From Sphyrna mokarran (lineage: Eukaryota): a stretch of 64,000 bases of DNA. The notes below the pieces were generated by a model. That model did not search any database, had not been told where the DNA came from, and saw nothing but the letters and a program-made list of their open reading frames with translations. Location: the NCBI GenBank assembly GCA_024679065.1, contig JAGIQG010000040.1, positions 10,974,001 to 11,038,000 of the forward strand, in the 5' to 3' direction. Positions 22,988-36,380 of this stretch are shown here, in pieces. The position numbers and the translations under genes were made by a program. How positions within the stretch are numbered: the stretch's first letter is position 1; every line of letters begins with the position of its first letter.

Positions 22988-23857
22988 TTATCTGTGAACT
23001 CGCTGGTGTTTCACCAGATCGGATGATTCGATAAATCTCTTCCCGCACTCGGAGCAGGTGAACGGCCTCTCCCCAGTGTGAATGCGCTGGTGTGTCAGCA
23101 GGTGGGATGAGCGCGCAAATCCCTTCCCACACTCAGGACAGGTGAACGGCCTCACCTCAGTGTGAATTTGTTGGTGTGTCAGCAGGTTGGAGGACTGAGT
23201 GAATCCCTTCCCACACTTGGAGCAGATGAATGGCCTCTCCCCAGTATGAACTCGCTGGTGTACAGTGAGATGAGATGATCGCCTGAACCCAGTCCCACAG
23301 TGTGAGCACTGGAACGGTCTCTCCTCAGTGTGAACAAGCTGATGGGACATCAGTTCACCAGAACTTTTGAAGCACTTCTCACACTCTGGACATTTAAACG
23401 GTCTCTTGTCAGTGTGAACTCGTTGGTGTGTCTGAAGCTGGGTTGCTGTCCTGAAACTCTTCCCACACTTTGAGCAGCTGAACAGTGTGTACTCGGTGTG
23501 AATGCGCTGGTGCTCCCTCAGTCCGTGAGGGCTTTTAAATCTCTTCTTACAATTGGGGCATTGAAACTCCCTCTTATCAGTGTGAACTTGCTGGTGTTTC
23601 AGTAGGTGGGACGAGCGAGTGAATCCGTTTCCACACACCGAGCAGGTGAATGGCCTCTCCCCAGTGTGGAGTCGCTCATGCAGCTGAAGACAGATAAACT
23701 GAGCGAATCTCTTCCCACATACGGAACAAATGAAAGGCCTTTCCCCGGTGCGTCTGCGTCGATGAATTTCCAGCTCAGATGGGGATCTGAATCCCTTTCT
23801 ACAGTCCACACATTTCCATGGTTTCTCCCTGGCTTGAACAGTACTTCCTGCTTCCAT
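22988..23857 (-). CDS. C2H2 zinc-finger protein (10 fingers, first lacking its last His)
   Basis: 289-aa ORF of tandem CxxC...HxxxH repeats with TGERPF linkers; no KRAB/SCAN domain visible. Confidence 0.85.
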   Translation of the reverse strand: MEAGSTVQAREKPWKCVDCRKGFRSPSELEIHRRRRTGERPFICSVCGKRFAQFICLQLHERLHTGERPFTCSVCGNGFTRSSHLLKHQQVHTDKREFQCPNCKKRFKSPHGLREHQRIHTEYTLFSCSKCGKSFRTATQLQTHQRVHTDKRPFKCPECEKCFKSSGELMSHQLVHTEERPFQCSHCGTGFRRSSHLTVHQRVHTGERPFICSKCGKGFTQSSNLLTHQQIHTEVRPFTCPECGKGFARSSHLLTHQRIHTGERPFTCSECGKRFIESSDLVKHQRVHR

Positions 23858-24714
23858 GTTTAAAGGCCGATGATATTCAAGTCCTGATGAATCGAGTGAC
23901 TCTGTCAGATTTTGAGGTTTAGTTTGACTTTCCTGACTGTGAACCTTTCAAATAATCTGTAAAATGAATTTAAGACAGAATCAAGGATATATAAAAGAGA
24001 ACTCACAAAAACACAAAGGCAGGTTGTAAATTTGGGCTAAATTAATCTCATAATTCGTGGGGCTAGTGCTAGGAAAAAGTGACCCTGAAAACTGCTGGCA
24101 TCTCATAACAATCCAACTGGTTCACTAATGTTCCTAAGGGAAGGGAACCTGCCACCCAGTCTGGGCTTACACAAGACTCTGTTTCCATGGGAGGAGGGAG
24201 AGAGGCAAAGGCAATGGTAAAAAAGAGGGAGAGAGGCAAAGGAGAGGTAAAAGAGATGAACTTCAGAGATCTGCAAATGAATTTGAATTTCAAAATAATC
24301 ATCGAAACCCATATCTCCATTCACTGGAAAGACAAGAGCAGCTGGTGTCTGGGAAATCCATCACCTCCAAGACCCACACCAGTGAGTTCAGACTGGGGAG
24401 AGACCAGACTCCTTCTCCACGTGTGAGAAGATACATTCGATCATCTAATCAGCTGACACACCAGTGAGTTCAGCAGTGATTACTGGGGTTGGATTCTGCT
24501 GTTGTTGCTGCTGTTAATGACATTCAAAACTGAACTTTGTTCATTCTGATCATTTGCGTTTGTTTCTGTTGTTGTTTATAATTTCTGGAACTCTTTTAAA
24601 TGTTTAATATTCTGGAACTTACCTTGTAACCCTTACTCTTCTAATAAAGTATCTTTTTTTATTCAATAGCAAATAGTGATTTAGTTGTAATTTTTTCAAC
24701 TGAGTCAGAGCAGA

Positions 24715-25335
24715 GGAATAACCTCTCCCCAGTGTGAATTTGCACGGTCCAAAAGTGAGAGAACCTGAACGGTATTTCATCAGTGTGGACACATTGATAG
24801 GATAACACTTCCCTGGAACTTTTCCAGCTCTTCTCGTCGTCTGGGCAATTACAAAAATCACTCCAGAGTGTGAACATGTTTGTGTGTCATGCGGTGGGAT
24901 GACTGAATGAATTATTTCCATCTCTGGAGCATTTGAACAAAAATCCGTCAGTGTGAATATGTCAGTGAGCCAACAGGTTGGATGATGGGAGCGAAATCAG
25001 TCCAACACACGGAGCCGGTGAACGGCCTCTGCCCACTGTGACTGCACAATGAGCTTCCAGCTCAGACAATTAACTCAGTCCCTCATCACTGTCCTCACTC
25101 TAACATGGTTCCTCCCCAGGATGTTTATATTTGTAGCTCCTGAGGCCAAATGATCAGCTGAATCCTGATCCACAAAGAGAAGAGCTTTACCCACTGTGAA
25201 CAATGCTTTATTCTTCAATGTTTAAAGTCTGAATGTTAATCAATTTACCGTTAACTGGGAAGCTCTGTCAGATCCTGATGTGATGTTTGTTCGAAGATTC
25301 CTGACTGCAAATCCTCCTCTTCTAAAACCCTGAGT
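24715..25335 (-). pseudogene. Decayed C2H2 zinc-finger gene
   Basis: Fragments such as [11 protein letters not shown] and QIHTGER with stops and frameshifts; retains the upstream acceptor module shared with intact ZNF genes. Confidence 0.65.
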
Positions 25336-26039
25336 GTAAAAGAAAAACAGAGTGAAAAAGAATACACAGAAACACAAAGGCAGGTTCTGAAACTGAGCTG
25401 AAAAGATCTGGTGATTTGTGGGGTTAGCACTAGGAAAAAAATGAATGTAAAAATCGCTGGAGTATCATAAAAACCCACTGATTCACTGATGTCTGGCAAA
25501 GAAAGGACTGAATATCACCCATTCAATAGGAACATGGATGATTTGACATTTCTCATGTTCACTTTCTTACTCTTTCCCCGTAACCCTTGATTTCCATCCT
25601 GATCAAAAATATACACAAAGTCCCTGCCCCCACAGCTCTCTGTGGCAAGGAATTGCAAAGACTCTCAACCCTCTGGGAGAAGGAATTGCTCCTGATCTGT
25701 GTGTTAAATTAGCACCTTTTGTTCTGAGACTGTGTCCTCTAGTCCTAGACTCTCCCATGACAGGAAATATCTGCTGAGAATTTACCTTGTCAAGTCCCTA
25801 AAGAATCCGATATGCTTCAATAAGATCACCTTTCATTCTTCTAAACTCCAATGAGGAGAGTCATAACCTATCCTCATAAAACAATTCCTCCATAACAGGG
25901 ATAATCCTTGAGGATCTATCCTGAACTGCCTTCAAGCAAATAATATTTTTCCTTAAATAAGGAGACCAAAACGGCTCACCATCTTCCAGATATGGTCTCA
26001 CCAGTACCTTGTACAGTTGCAACAAAACTTCCCTAAGAC

Positions 26040-26322
26040 TGGTACCTCACAGCACCAAAGATCTGGTTCAATTCCCAGCTTGGGCCACTGTCTGTGTGGA
26101 GTTTGCACATTCTCCCAGATTCTGTGTGGGTTTTCTCCGGGTGCTCCAGTTTCCTCCCACAGTCCCAAGATAAGCAGGTCAGGTGGATTGGCTATGCCAA
26201 ATTGTCCCTTCGTGTTCGGGGGACTAGCTTGATAAGTACATGGGGTTATGCGTGGGATTGTGATCGGTGCAGACTCGATGAGCCCAATGGCCTCCTTCTG
26301 CACTGTAAGATTCTATGATTCT
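26040..26322 (+). mobile_element. SINE inserted in a minus-strand CR1 fragment (about 25520-26040)
   Basis: 'cctcacagcacc...ggttcaattcccagcttgg' head and standard body. Confidence 0.7.
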
Positions 26323-26514
26323 CTGATTTTTAGCAACTTCTCAGCCATCTTTATGCTCATTTACATTCCCTTCATCCCATTCCACCCCACAGTATAAATC
26401 TTTTCTGATTACCTTTGTCCTTAGCTCTGACATAGGCTCGTCCAGACTGGAAACAGTGCCTCTATTCTCTTCCCCCAGGAGCTGTCAGACCTGCTGAGAT
26501 TTTCCAGCATTGTC

Positions 26515-26885
26515 TGCTTTAGCTCCGCCCACTGACCGCGCATGCGCTCCGCTCCCCGCTGAACAAACATGGCGGCCGCGCCCCTGGGCCGGATCCCGGA
26601 TAAAATCCCCACAAACCCGGGAGCCGCAGGCTCTGATTCCGGCCTTGCGGTCTACAGCGGGTGTTTTTGAAGCCCCCGCTCCCTCCCCACCCTGGCTCCC
26701 GGCTCCATTCCTCCCTCCGCCCCACTGATTCTCACCCGCTAAAACAAACCGCTCCCGCACTCGCAGGGCTCCGAGAGAAGTGACACTGCGCATGCTCCAG
26801 AGGCAGCACCGCGCCTGCGTACTGGCCTCCTGTGGAGTGAATAGGGCACTTTCACACCCGCAGCGAATGCTGGGTGATAACTGCA
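26515..26885. promoter_or_regulatory. CpG-island promoter
   Basis: NRF1-like CGCGCATGCGC (about 26537) and TGCGCATGC (about 26786), YY1-like AACATGGCGGC (about 26566), ZNF143-like TCACCCAGCATTCGCTGCG on the minus strand (about 26858-26877). Confidence 0.7.
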
Positions 26886-27269
26886 CCATTGAAATCTTAG
26901 TTAATACAAAATAGATTTGTGAACATTTGAAATGAATTAACAAAATATTGTGAATTGGTGATCTGCTAAGCTCCATTTCTGTAAGCTCTGCTGTGGATCA
27001 CACAGAAATATCACCGCTTTTATACCGTTTTCCCTCTCACTTCTTCCTTGATGATGCTGATTCTGACTGGGTTCAATCGTGATGTGGAGATGCCGGCGTT
27101 GGACTGAGGTAAGCATCGTAAGAGATCTCGCAATACCAGGTTTTAGTCCAACAGTTTTATTTGGTAGCACAAGCTTTCAGAGTGTTCCTCCTTCAGGTGA
27201 GTGAAGAATTGTGTTCACAAACAAGGTATACATAGACACAGACTCAATTTACAAGATAATGGTTGAACA

Positions 27270-28320
27270 TAACAATATAAAAAATAGGAGCAGGAGTAGG
27301 CATCGAGCCCATCAAGTCTGCCCTGCCATTCAATAAGATCATGGCTGATCTGAAGTGGATCGGTTCCACTTTCCTACTTTCTCCCCATAACTTTTAATTC
27401 TCTTGTCTATCAGAAACGTACCTACTTGTGATTTAAATATATTCAGTGAAGTAGCTTCCACCACTTCAATGGGCAGAGAATTCCAGAGACTCACCACCCT
27501 TTGAGTGAAGTTCCTCCTCAATTCCGATCTAAACTGCCCCTCTCCCCCAGCAGCGAGTTCCAGGCACTCATCACCTCTATGTAAAAAAAAACTTGCTTTG
27601 TACATCTCCTTTAAACATTGCCCCTCGTTACTTAAACCTATGCCCCCAGGTAATTGATTCTTCCACACCGGGAAAAAACTCTTGACTATCCACTCTGTCC
27701 ATGCCCCTCATAATTTTGTAGACTTTATCAGGCCGCCCTTCAACCTCCATCATTCCAAGTGAGAACAAACCAAGTTTCTCCAGCCTCTTCTCATAGCTAA
27801 TGCCGTCCATGTCAGGCAACATCCTGGTCAATTTTTTCTGTATGCTCTACAAAGCCTCTATATCTCTCTGGCACTGTGGCAACCAGAATTGAACACTATA
27901 TCCAAGTGCAGTATAACCAAGATTTTATAAAGCTGCAACATGACTTGCCAATTTTTAAACTGTGTGCCCCGGCCAATGAAGGCAACCATGCCATATGCTT
28001 TCTTGACCACCTTCTCCACCTGCATTGCCAGTTTCAGTGTACCAGTACACCGAGATCCCTCTGTCTATCAATACTCTTAAGGGTTCTGCCAGTTACTGTA
28101 TGTTTCCTATCCGGATTAGACCTTCCAAAATGCATTACCTCTCATTTGTCCAGATTAAATTCCATTTGCCATTTCTCCATTCAAGTCTCCAATCGGTCTA
28201 TTTCCTTCTGTATCCTCTGAGAATCCTCATTGCTATTTGCAAATTCACCAACCTTCATGTCATTTGCAAACTTACTAATCAAACCGGTTACATGTTCCTC
28301 CAAACCATAAATATAACAAA
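27270..28320 (-). mobile_element. CR1 LINE fragments
   Basis: ORFs 27339-27668 and 27628-27831 carry CR1 motifs (TRMLP, SYEKRLEKLGLFSL, FTQRVVSLWNSLP). Confidence 0.8.
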
Positions 28321-29211
28321 CAGAGTCATTTATAGAAATTACAAAAAATTGTGTGTCGGTATGTGCCTGTATGTGTCAGAGTGGGAGTGTCTGCCTCTCT
28401 GTGTCTGTCTGTGTGTTTTGAAGAAACCTTTGCTAACTGATGCCTATTGTTTCCTTGTGTTAGTTTAATCACGACAGTATCTGAGAAATCAACTTCAGTT
28501 TTATCTGATGTGACTTTAAGTTTAACAGAGGGATTGAGGGTTTTTAAAAATTCTTTCCTTTCTACCTCAGTGTAGGTCAAAACTCCCCACATACGAACAT
28601 AGGAATAGGAGTAGGCCATTCAATCCCATGAGTCTGTTTGCCCCATTAAATGAGATCATGGCTCTTCAGTGGCCTAACTCTATATAACTGCCTTTAGCCC
28701 ATATCCCTTCATAACTTTGTTTAACAAAAAATATACCTATCTCAAAATTTAAAGGTGGCAACAAATTTAGCATCAATTGCCTTTTGTAGAAGAGAGCTCC
28801 AAACCTCTACCATCTTTTCTGCGTAGACATGCTTCCTAATATCCCTCCTGAAAGGCCTCACTCTAATTTTTAGACTGCCTCCTGGATCTAGAAACTCTGT
28901 GATGTGGAGATGCTGGCGTTGGACTGGAGTAAACATAGTAAGAAGTCTCACAACACCAGGTTAAAGTCCAACAAGTTTATTTGATAGTAAACCTACTATC
29001 TACTACACTGCTCCTTTGTCAGGTGTGTGGAAGGTTCTGATCAGAGAACGGCATATAATGACACACACAGTTTACAGAATATGGATTAGAATGCAAGTCT
29101 TTACAGGTAATCTGCTATTCAAGTCTTAAAGATGCAGGCAACATGAGTAGAAATAGCATTAGGCATAGATTAAAGAGATGCATATTGTCTCCAGACAAGA
29201 CAATATCTTGT

Positions 29212-29672
29212 CTGGTCTTATGAGGCAGGTCTTATGAGGAGGTCTTATGAGGCAGGTCTTATGAGGAGAGGCTGAGGGATTTGAGGTTGTTTTCGTTAGA
29301 AAGGAGGAGGCTAAGAGGGGACCTGATCGAAACATATAAGATGATTAGAGGTTTAGATAGGTTGGACAGTGATAGCCTTTTTCCTAGGATGGAGAAAGCT
29401 AGCACGAGGGGACACAGCTTTAAATTAAGGGGTGATAGTTATAGGATGGATATCAGAGGTAGGTTCTTTACCCAGAGGGTGGTTAGGAAGTGGAATGCCC
29501 TGCCTGCGGCAGTTGTAGATGCGCCAAGTTTGGTGGCATTTAAGAGGTTAGTTGATAAGTTTATGGAAGAGAAGGGAATGGTTTAGGTTTGGAGGGGCAT
29601 TGCTTTTTATATTGGTCGGCGCAACATCGAAGGCCGAAGGGCCTGTTCTGTGCTGTAATGTTCTATGTTCTA
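29212..29672 (+). mobile_element. Young 5'-truncated CR1 insertion
   Basis: Near-identical to the 3' end of the 48.3-50.9 kb element; open frame LFSLERRRLRGDLIETYK...; (gttctat)n tail. Confidence 0.88.
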
Positions 29673-30734
29673 ATAGGTGAGATGCCCTAAAACTATGTCA
29701 CCTCATGACTGACCCCTCAATCAAGGTTCTATTCACCCAGTCCATATTCTTCATAATCTTATATACCACAATCATGTCCCTCTCCACTTCCTCTGCTCTA
29801 AAGTAAACACTCCAAACCTATCCAGTCTTCTTATAACTCAAATATTTCAACTCTATTGCTGGGTCAAAATCCTGAATTTGACTCAACATCCTGGTGAATA
29901 TCCTCTGTACCCCTTCTAGAAACTGGAAAATTTACCTTTAAAAAGTATTTGGATGAGCACTTGAAATATTATAGTATTTATATAACAATATGGAACAAGT
30001 GCTGGCAATCACATCCTTCCTATAGTGAGGTGACCAGAACTACTCCAGCTGTGCCCTAACTGACATGTTGTACAACTCCAACATTATCTCCTTGTGCTTA
30101 TACTGTATGCCACCACTGATAAAAGCAAGTGTCTCATATGCCTTATCTATTCTATTCAGCTGCTCTGCTACCTTAAGAGTGAATAAGTACTTCAAGATCT
30201 ATCTGCTCCTCTAATTTTACCTCGTGTCCTTCCAATCATTAATTATTTCCTATCTTGTTACTTCATCCAAAGTGTATCACTTTGCACTTATCAAGATTAA
30301 ATACTGTATTTTTTTATTAGTTTGTGGGACATGGGCATCGCTAGCAGGCCATCCCTAGCTGTCCTTGAGGAGGTAGTGGTGAGCTACCTTCTCGAACTGC
30401 TGCAGTTCATGTGCCGATGGTTTACCTACAATGCGGTTAGGGAAGGAATTCCAGGATTTTGACCCAGTGACTGTGAAGGAACGACGATATATTTCGAAAT
30501 CTACCACTGTTCTTCCTATCCGATCAATCCAACTATATCTTGCTGCAACCTACGACAGAGTTGGGTGGACTCTAAAAGGACCCTGGGTTTCTGGAATACT
30601 CGCCCAGTAACAACCCCACCACACAACTAGTAGATGTATTAATTCGTTTAATAATTTTATATATTAGCCCTATAGTTTTGATCATAACTGGATGATAAAG
30701 AACAGTTTTCTGTAGAACACGATCTCCTTCCTAT

Positions 30735-31000
30735 GGCGGTGTTCTTACCCAGCATTCACAGCGGGAGAGAATGTGCCATATTGTCACAATAGCAGCCGCT
30801 TGCGCAGGCGCAATAGCTGTTTCTAAGTGGAGCATGCGTTGTGCAGGTTCGGGTTGGCCCATGCGCAGTGTGGGTGCTGGAGCTGCAGGGAAGTGGGTGC
30901 AGAGGCTTCAGAAACAGTCAGTGGAGGAGGCCTCAAACCCAGAATAAAACACCCCGGGCCCGAGTTTGCACCGAGCCGCGGGGTAATTGCAGCACAATCG
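30735..31000 (+). promoter_or_regulatory. CpG-island promoter of the downstream ZNF gene
   Basis: ZNF143-like TTACCCAGCATTCACAGCG (30745-30763), NRF1-like TGCGCAGGCGCA and CATGCGCA; paralogous to 41860-42240. Confidence 0.65.
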
Positions 31001-31630
31001 TGAGGTGGTGATAATATCAGTGATCCAGCCGAGTGTTCTGGGGATGGGTTCAAGTCCCATCATGGAGCCTGGGGGGTGAGATTTAAATAGAATTCACGAA
31101 ATGCTGTAAAATCTGGATATAATTTCATCTGAGTAACCATTACAGCTGTGAACAATTTTAAAAATCCACCCTGTTTATTCATGAGTGTCTGCTGTCTTTC
31201 CATAGACTTGTCAACGTGCAATTCCGTCTCTAACTGCCCTCCTCAGGGGCAGGAAATAAATGCTGGTCTTGACAATAAAACCTACATCATATGAAGTAGT
31301 GAAGGAGAAACACTGATAGACTTGGGTTAATGGCTGTCATCTTTCTCGGAGGCAGGACACATGCACAGTTATCACTGTCCCTGCGAGAAAATCCTGGACT
31401 GACAGTGATAGATTTTGGAGTCTCCTTTTCCAGAGGGTTAGAAGAGGAGAATTTACACACAGTAAATTCAAATCAAGAGAAACATTTGCTTCAATTTTTA
31501 ACTTCAGACTTTTTTTTACATGATATTAGAAGTGCCGGAGTAGAAGGGAGAAAGCTGAAACCAAAAGTTGCATCAGGATCTGATGCTATCGTTTAAATTA
31601 TTGTAATCTGAATATCATTGTGTTTTGAAC

Positions 31631-32666
31631 ATGGAAGGGGAAAGCACAGTTAATAGTGGAGAGAAACTGTACATGTGTTCTGTGTGTGGACGAACATTCA
31701 GCCGATCATCTGGCCTGTTGAGACATAAATGCAATCACAACAGGGAGAAACAATGGAAATGTGCAAACTGTGGGAGGAGATTCAGATTTCCATCTGAACT
31801 GAAAACGCATCGACACAATCACACTGGAGAGAAACCATTCACCTGCTCTGAGAATGGGAAGGGGTTCACTACCTCATCCATCTTGTTAACACACCAGCGA
31901 CTTCACACTGGGGAGAGACCGTTCACCTGCTCCGAGTGTGGGATGGGATTCATTTGTTCATCCCACCTGCTGAAACACCAGTGGGTTCACACTGGGGAGA
32001 GGCCATTCACCTGTCATGATTGTGGGAAACGATTCATTACCTCATCAATCCTGCTGACACACCAGAGAGTTCACACTAGAGAGAGACCATTCCGATGCCC
32101 TGATTGTGGGAAGGGATTCCCTACCTCTTCTATCCTGCTGAAACACCAGCGAGTTCACACTGGAGAGAGGCCGTTTACCTGCTCTCAGTGTGGAAAGGGA
32201 TTCACTGATTCATCCTGTCTGCTGAAACACCAGAGAATTCATAACGGGGAGAGGCCATTTATCTGCTCCGAATGTGGGAAGGGATTCACCCAGTCATTCA
32301 ACCTCCTAAAACACCAGCGAGGTCACACTGGAGAGAGGCCATTCACCTGCTCTGAGTGTGGGAAGGGTTTCAGTCAGTCATTCATCTTGTTGAAACACCA
32401 GCGAGTTCACAGTGGGGAGAGGCCATTCACTTGCTCAAGTTGTGGGCAGGGATTTATTGATTCGTCCACCCTGCAGAGACACCAGCGAGTTCAGTGGTGA
32501 GAGACCATTCACCTGCTCTGATTGCGGTAAGAGATTCAGTCAATCATCCAACCTGGTAAAGCACCAGCGAATTCACACTGGGGAGAGGCCATTCACCTGC
32601 TCCATGTGTGGGAAGGGATTCACTCAGTCACCTCACCTGCTGAAACACCAGCGTGTTCACAAATGA
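31631..32666 (+). CDS. C2H2 zinc-finger gene (12 fingers) with a frameshift at about 32490
   Basis: ORF from ATG 31631 ends HQRVQW* at 32500; two more intact fingers continue in another frame to 32666; 'gttcagtggtgag' lacks 2 nt relative to 'gttcacagtggggag'. Confidence 0.8.
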
Positions 32667-33065
32667 CTACAAGAACTAGATCTTGCTCGAGGTTCAACTA
32701 TTTTCATTGATCTGTGTGTCTGCTGATGTTAATAAACCCTAGCCCAATTGGAAGGATTATATTTTGGGTGGAACTCAAATACACAAGCTTTATGTTTAAC
32801 ACAGTGTGATAGTTCCATATGAAGGGCTTCCCCCTTCCCGTCTGCTCCATCCTCACCTCCAACCACAAGTGTGAGGAGCTTCTTTGTCGCCAAGATGGAG
32901 ACAATCTGATCTGCTGCTTCTCTCCCTTCCATTAGCCCACTGGGCCAAACTGTCTCTAAATTTCCTTCTGATCTGACTCTTGAACTCATAAGTGAAAACA
33001 GGAAGTGCAGTAAAAACTCAGCAGGTCTGACAGCCTCTCTGGAGAGAGAACAGGTTTAATGTTTT

Positions 33066-33230
33066 GGGTGGTATGGTAGCACAGTGGTTAGCACTGCTGC
33101 TTCACAGTGCCGGGGACCCAGATTTGATTCCCGGTCACTATCTGTGTGGAGTTTGTATGTTCTCCCCGTGACTGTGTGGGTTTCCTCCGGGTGCTCTGGT
33201 TTCCTCACACATTCTGAAAGACGTCCTGGT
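33066..33230 (+). mobile_element. SINE
   Basis: 'gcacagtggttagcactgctgcttcacagtgccggggacccagatttgattcccgg'. Confidence 0.75.
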
Positions 33231-35344
33231 TTTGGAACTGAAGAGTCATATTCAACTGGAAAAATTAACTTTTTACAGATACTGTCAGATATAATGAGAT
33301 TTTGCAGCAACTTCAACTTGAATGCTGGAAATATGCTGTCGAATCAGAGATTGGTGTAAAATTGGGATCTACTCCAAAATGAAAGTAAAACAGCAGATTA
33401 AAGTTTGTAAGCTGTAAATTACTGTCTTTATTATACTGTATCTGCCATTTAAAGGCCAGTTTTAACTCATTTAAAAGAAACCTGTTTAAAATATATTTGT
33501 TAAAGTCGACATTAAAATACTATTGGATGAGTTCACAGGAGCTTGTTAATCGCTGGGAGAGTTATACAAAAGACATTGGATCTCCAGGTAGAGAATTTGC
33601 AGGAATTCCCTGTTTTATTGATGGATGTGTGTGTTAGACACCAGGATGACTAAAAATGCACAAATCTGGGACATAGTGGTGATATGATTCTGACAGTTAC
33701 TCTGGGAATCACTCCCACAGTGAAACTTCAGCACTGACCCTGCTGAATGTTATAGGCTCAGGGAGTGGGGCCTCCAGGAGAGGACAATAAAAAAGCTGGG
33801 TTTTTGTATCCTGACTAATGCATGGTGAGGAAGCAGAAAACTCCTTACTAAAGGACTGTTTGGGATTTTACCTGTCAGCGTAGGTTCAGGGGTGAATGAT
33901 TCCTGACTCCCTGAGGTGTCTGATATTGAACCTAGCTTGGAACAGGATGGATTCAATTTCCAGAAATAGGGACAAATATCATTCACAACTGAGAGGAAAA
34001 CAGCTACCTTGATTAATGACTTGGATGAAGGGATTGACAGTATTGTCGCCAAAATGAATGATACAAAGATAGGTAGGAAAGCAAGTTGTGAGGTACATGT
34101 TAAAAATCTACAAGGGACATAGATAAGTTATCTGAATGGACAGAAAAATGACAAATAGAGTCCAGTGTGGGAAAAAGGGAGCTTTTTCACTTTGGCAGGA
34201 AGACTAATAAAGCAGAAAATTATTTAAATACAAGAAACTGAAGAATACTGCTCTACAGAAGAATCTGGGTGTCCTTGTATATGAATCATGAAAAAATGGG
34301 ATGAAGGTACGGCAAGTAGAGAAGGTGAAAGGAGCATTGGTTTTACTGCAAGGGTTTTCAAGAGTTTGAAAAAGGGAACTTGTTACGATAACACAGGACA
34401 TTGCTGAGATACCACCTGGAGTACTGTGGAAGTTTTGGTTTTCCTACTTAGGGAATGACATGCTTTCATTGAAGTGAGTTCAGAGAAGGTTCACGAGGCC
34501 GATTCCGAAGCTAAATGTGTTATTTTTTGAGGAAATGTTGTGAAGGTGTAGGGGAGAATTCTCTCATCCTGCCCACCACAGGAATCTTAATTTCTCTTAA
34601 GGGGAAAAGCAAAATGTAAAGTTTATTTTTAGTCACAAGTAAGCTTACATTAACACTGCAGTGAAGTTACTGGGAAACTGGAGACAATCAATTTAAAACA
34701 GTCGCTAAGAAATCCAATAGGATATCCAGGATAAATTTCGCTACACAAAGAGTGGTGAGAATATGGAAATCATAACTAAGGGAGTGAAATGAACGTTTTT
34801 TTAGGGGAATCTGAACAAGTACTTATGAATGGTTTTATACTTCATTCAGTATTTATTTCAAAAAGACTAAAATCAATAAAGTGACAGAAGATAATTTGAA
34901 AGGTGTGAGTCTCTGTATGTGAGGGTGTCTGTGAGTGTGTGTGTTGCCTTTCATTGGTGTCACAGAATCCTTCCTCTGAGCAGACAATCTGGCCCTCGAA
35001 TGATGTGACTTGCACAACTCAGAGATTCTCCATTCAGAATGGAACCACAGGCTGACATCTCTACAACCAGGCACCACTTCTGGAAAATGCGAAGTGACTA
35101 CAATTTTCGAGATTGATTTCTTTGCTCTCAATATTTTCTCAGTTCATAAGTTCATAAATTCCATCAGTACATTACCCTTGAACACATTGATGGTCTCCAC
35201 TTTAAATACTTCCCTCAGTCTTACCAACATATAGCAATTGGATTGCTGCTATTACGGGGATTCATTTTGAAATTCTGTAAATCTGATTCCCACCTAATAC
35301 CAACCCATATCTCCATCTGAGTTCCAGATTTTTCTTAAAACACA

Positions 35345-35635
35345 GGCAGTCTGATAATAATTAGCGTTGCTGCCTCACAGTGCCAGGAACCCGGGTTCAA
35401 TTCACGCTTCAGCTCACTGTCTGTGTGGTGTCTGCATGTTCTGTGTAGGTGTGGTTTCCTCTGAGTGCTTTTGTTTTCTTCCACACTCCAAAAATGTGCA
35501 GATTAGATTGATCGACTACGCTAAATTGTGTCGAGGATTGGCAGGATAACTACATGGGTTACACGGATAGGGCAGTGTGAGATCGTTGTCAGTTTAGGGT
35601 CAATCACCTCCTATTGCAATGTAGGGATTCTATAC
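35345..35635 (+). mobile_element. SINE
   Basis: 'gctgcctcacagtgccaggaacccgggttcaatt' head and standard body. Confidence 0.7.
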
Positions 35636-35954
35636 TGTCTGTACTTTCATTACATTGGATCCAATACTCTGTTCACTAACTGGAATAAACACTGTGTTAG
35701 TTATACTCACAGTAACTCAATCCAAAGTAAATCAAACCAATCAATGACGAAGGGTCATCCAGACTCGAAACGTTAGCTGGAATCTCTCTCCACAGTTGCT
35801 GTATAAGCCCTACTGAGACTTTGTAGTATTTTCTACTTATCTTTAAGTCAGTGTTTTGCTGTGTTTTCTCTGTGCTCCATCCCCATTCTGATTGTACTCG
35901 AGCCTGTGTGTGTCATTGTTACACTGACACTCTGTTATTATTGGACAAGCAGCA

Positions 35955-36380
35955 AGTAACCGTCACAATGCCCGGCTGATTGACGGCGGCAAGGACCAAT
36001 GGAAAAATGAGGGGCTGGCGGTCCGCGCGAAAGAGGCTGGTCTTCCAACCAATCACAGTGAATGAGGGGCGGGGCCCGCTCTGACTGGCGCATGCGTATT
36101 GTGGGTAATGGCGACGGAAAACGGCTGTTTTTTCGGCTCGGAGATAGGCGAGAAATGATTGACGGTACGGAGGAGGTGCGGGATCTCCCGGGTGGGCGAA
36201 AACGCTGCGGAAGCGGGTTGTGAAATCCGCGAACTTCGGTAAAGAGGTTCACGGATCCAGTTTATACCGAGCGACACTGCAACTCCTCATGTTCGGGCCA
36301 CATTCACGGCCGCCATCTTTATTGGAGGCAATATGCAACAAGGCGCATGCGCAGCCGCCATTGTTTCGGGGTAATGATGT
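35955..36380 (+). promoter_or_regulatory. CpG-island promoter and probable non-coding first exon of the ZNF gene at 38 kb
   Basis: Two CCAAT boxes, GC box GGGGCGGGG, NRF1-like GCGCATGCG x2, YY1-like GCCGCCATCTT (about 36309-36319). Confidence 0.7.
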
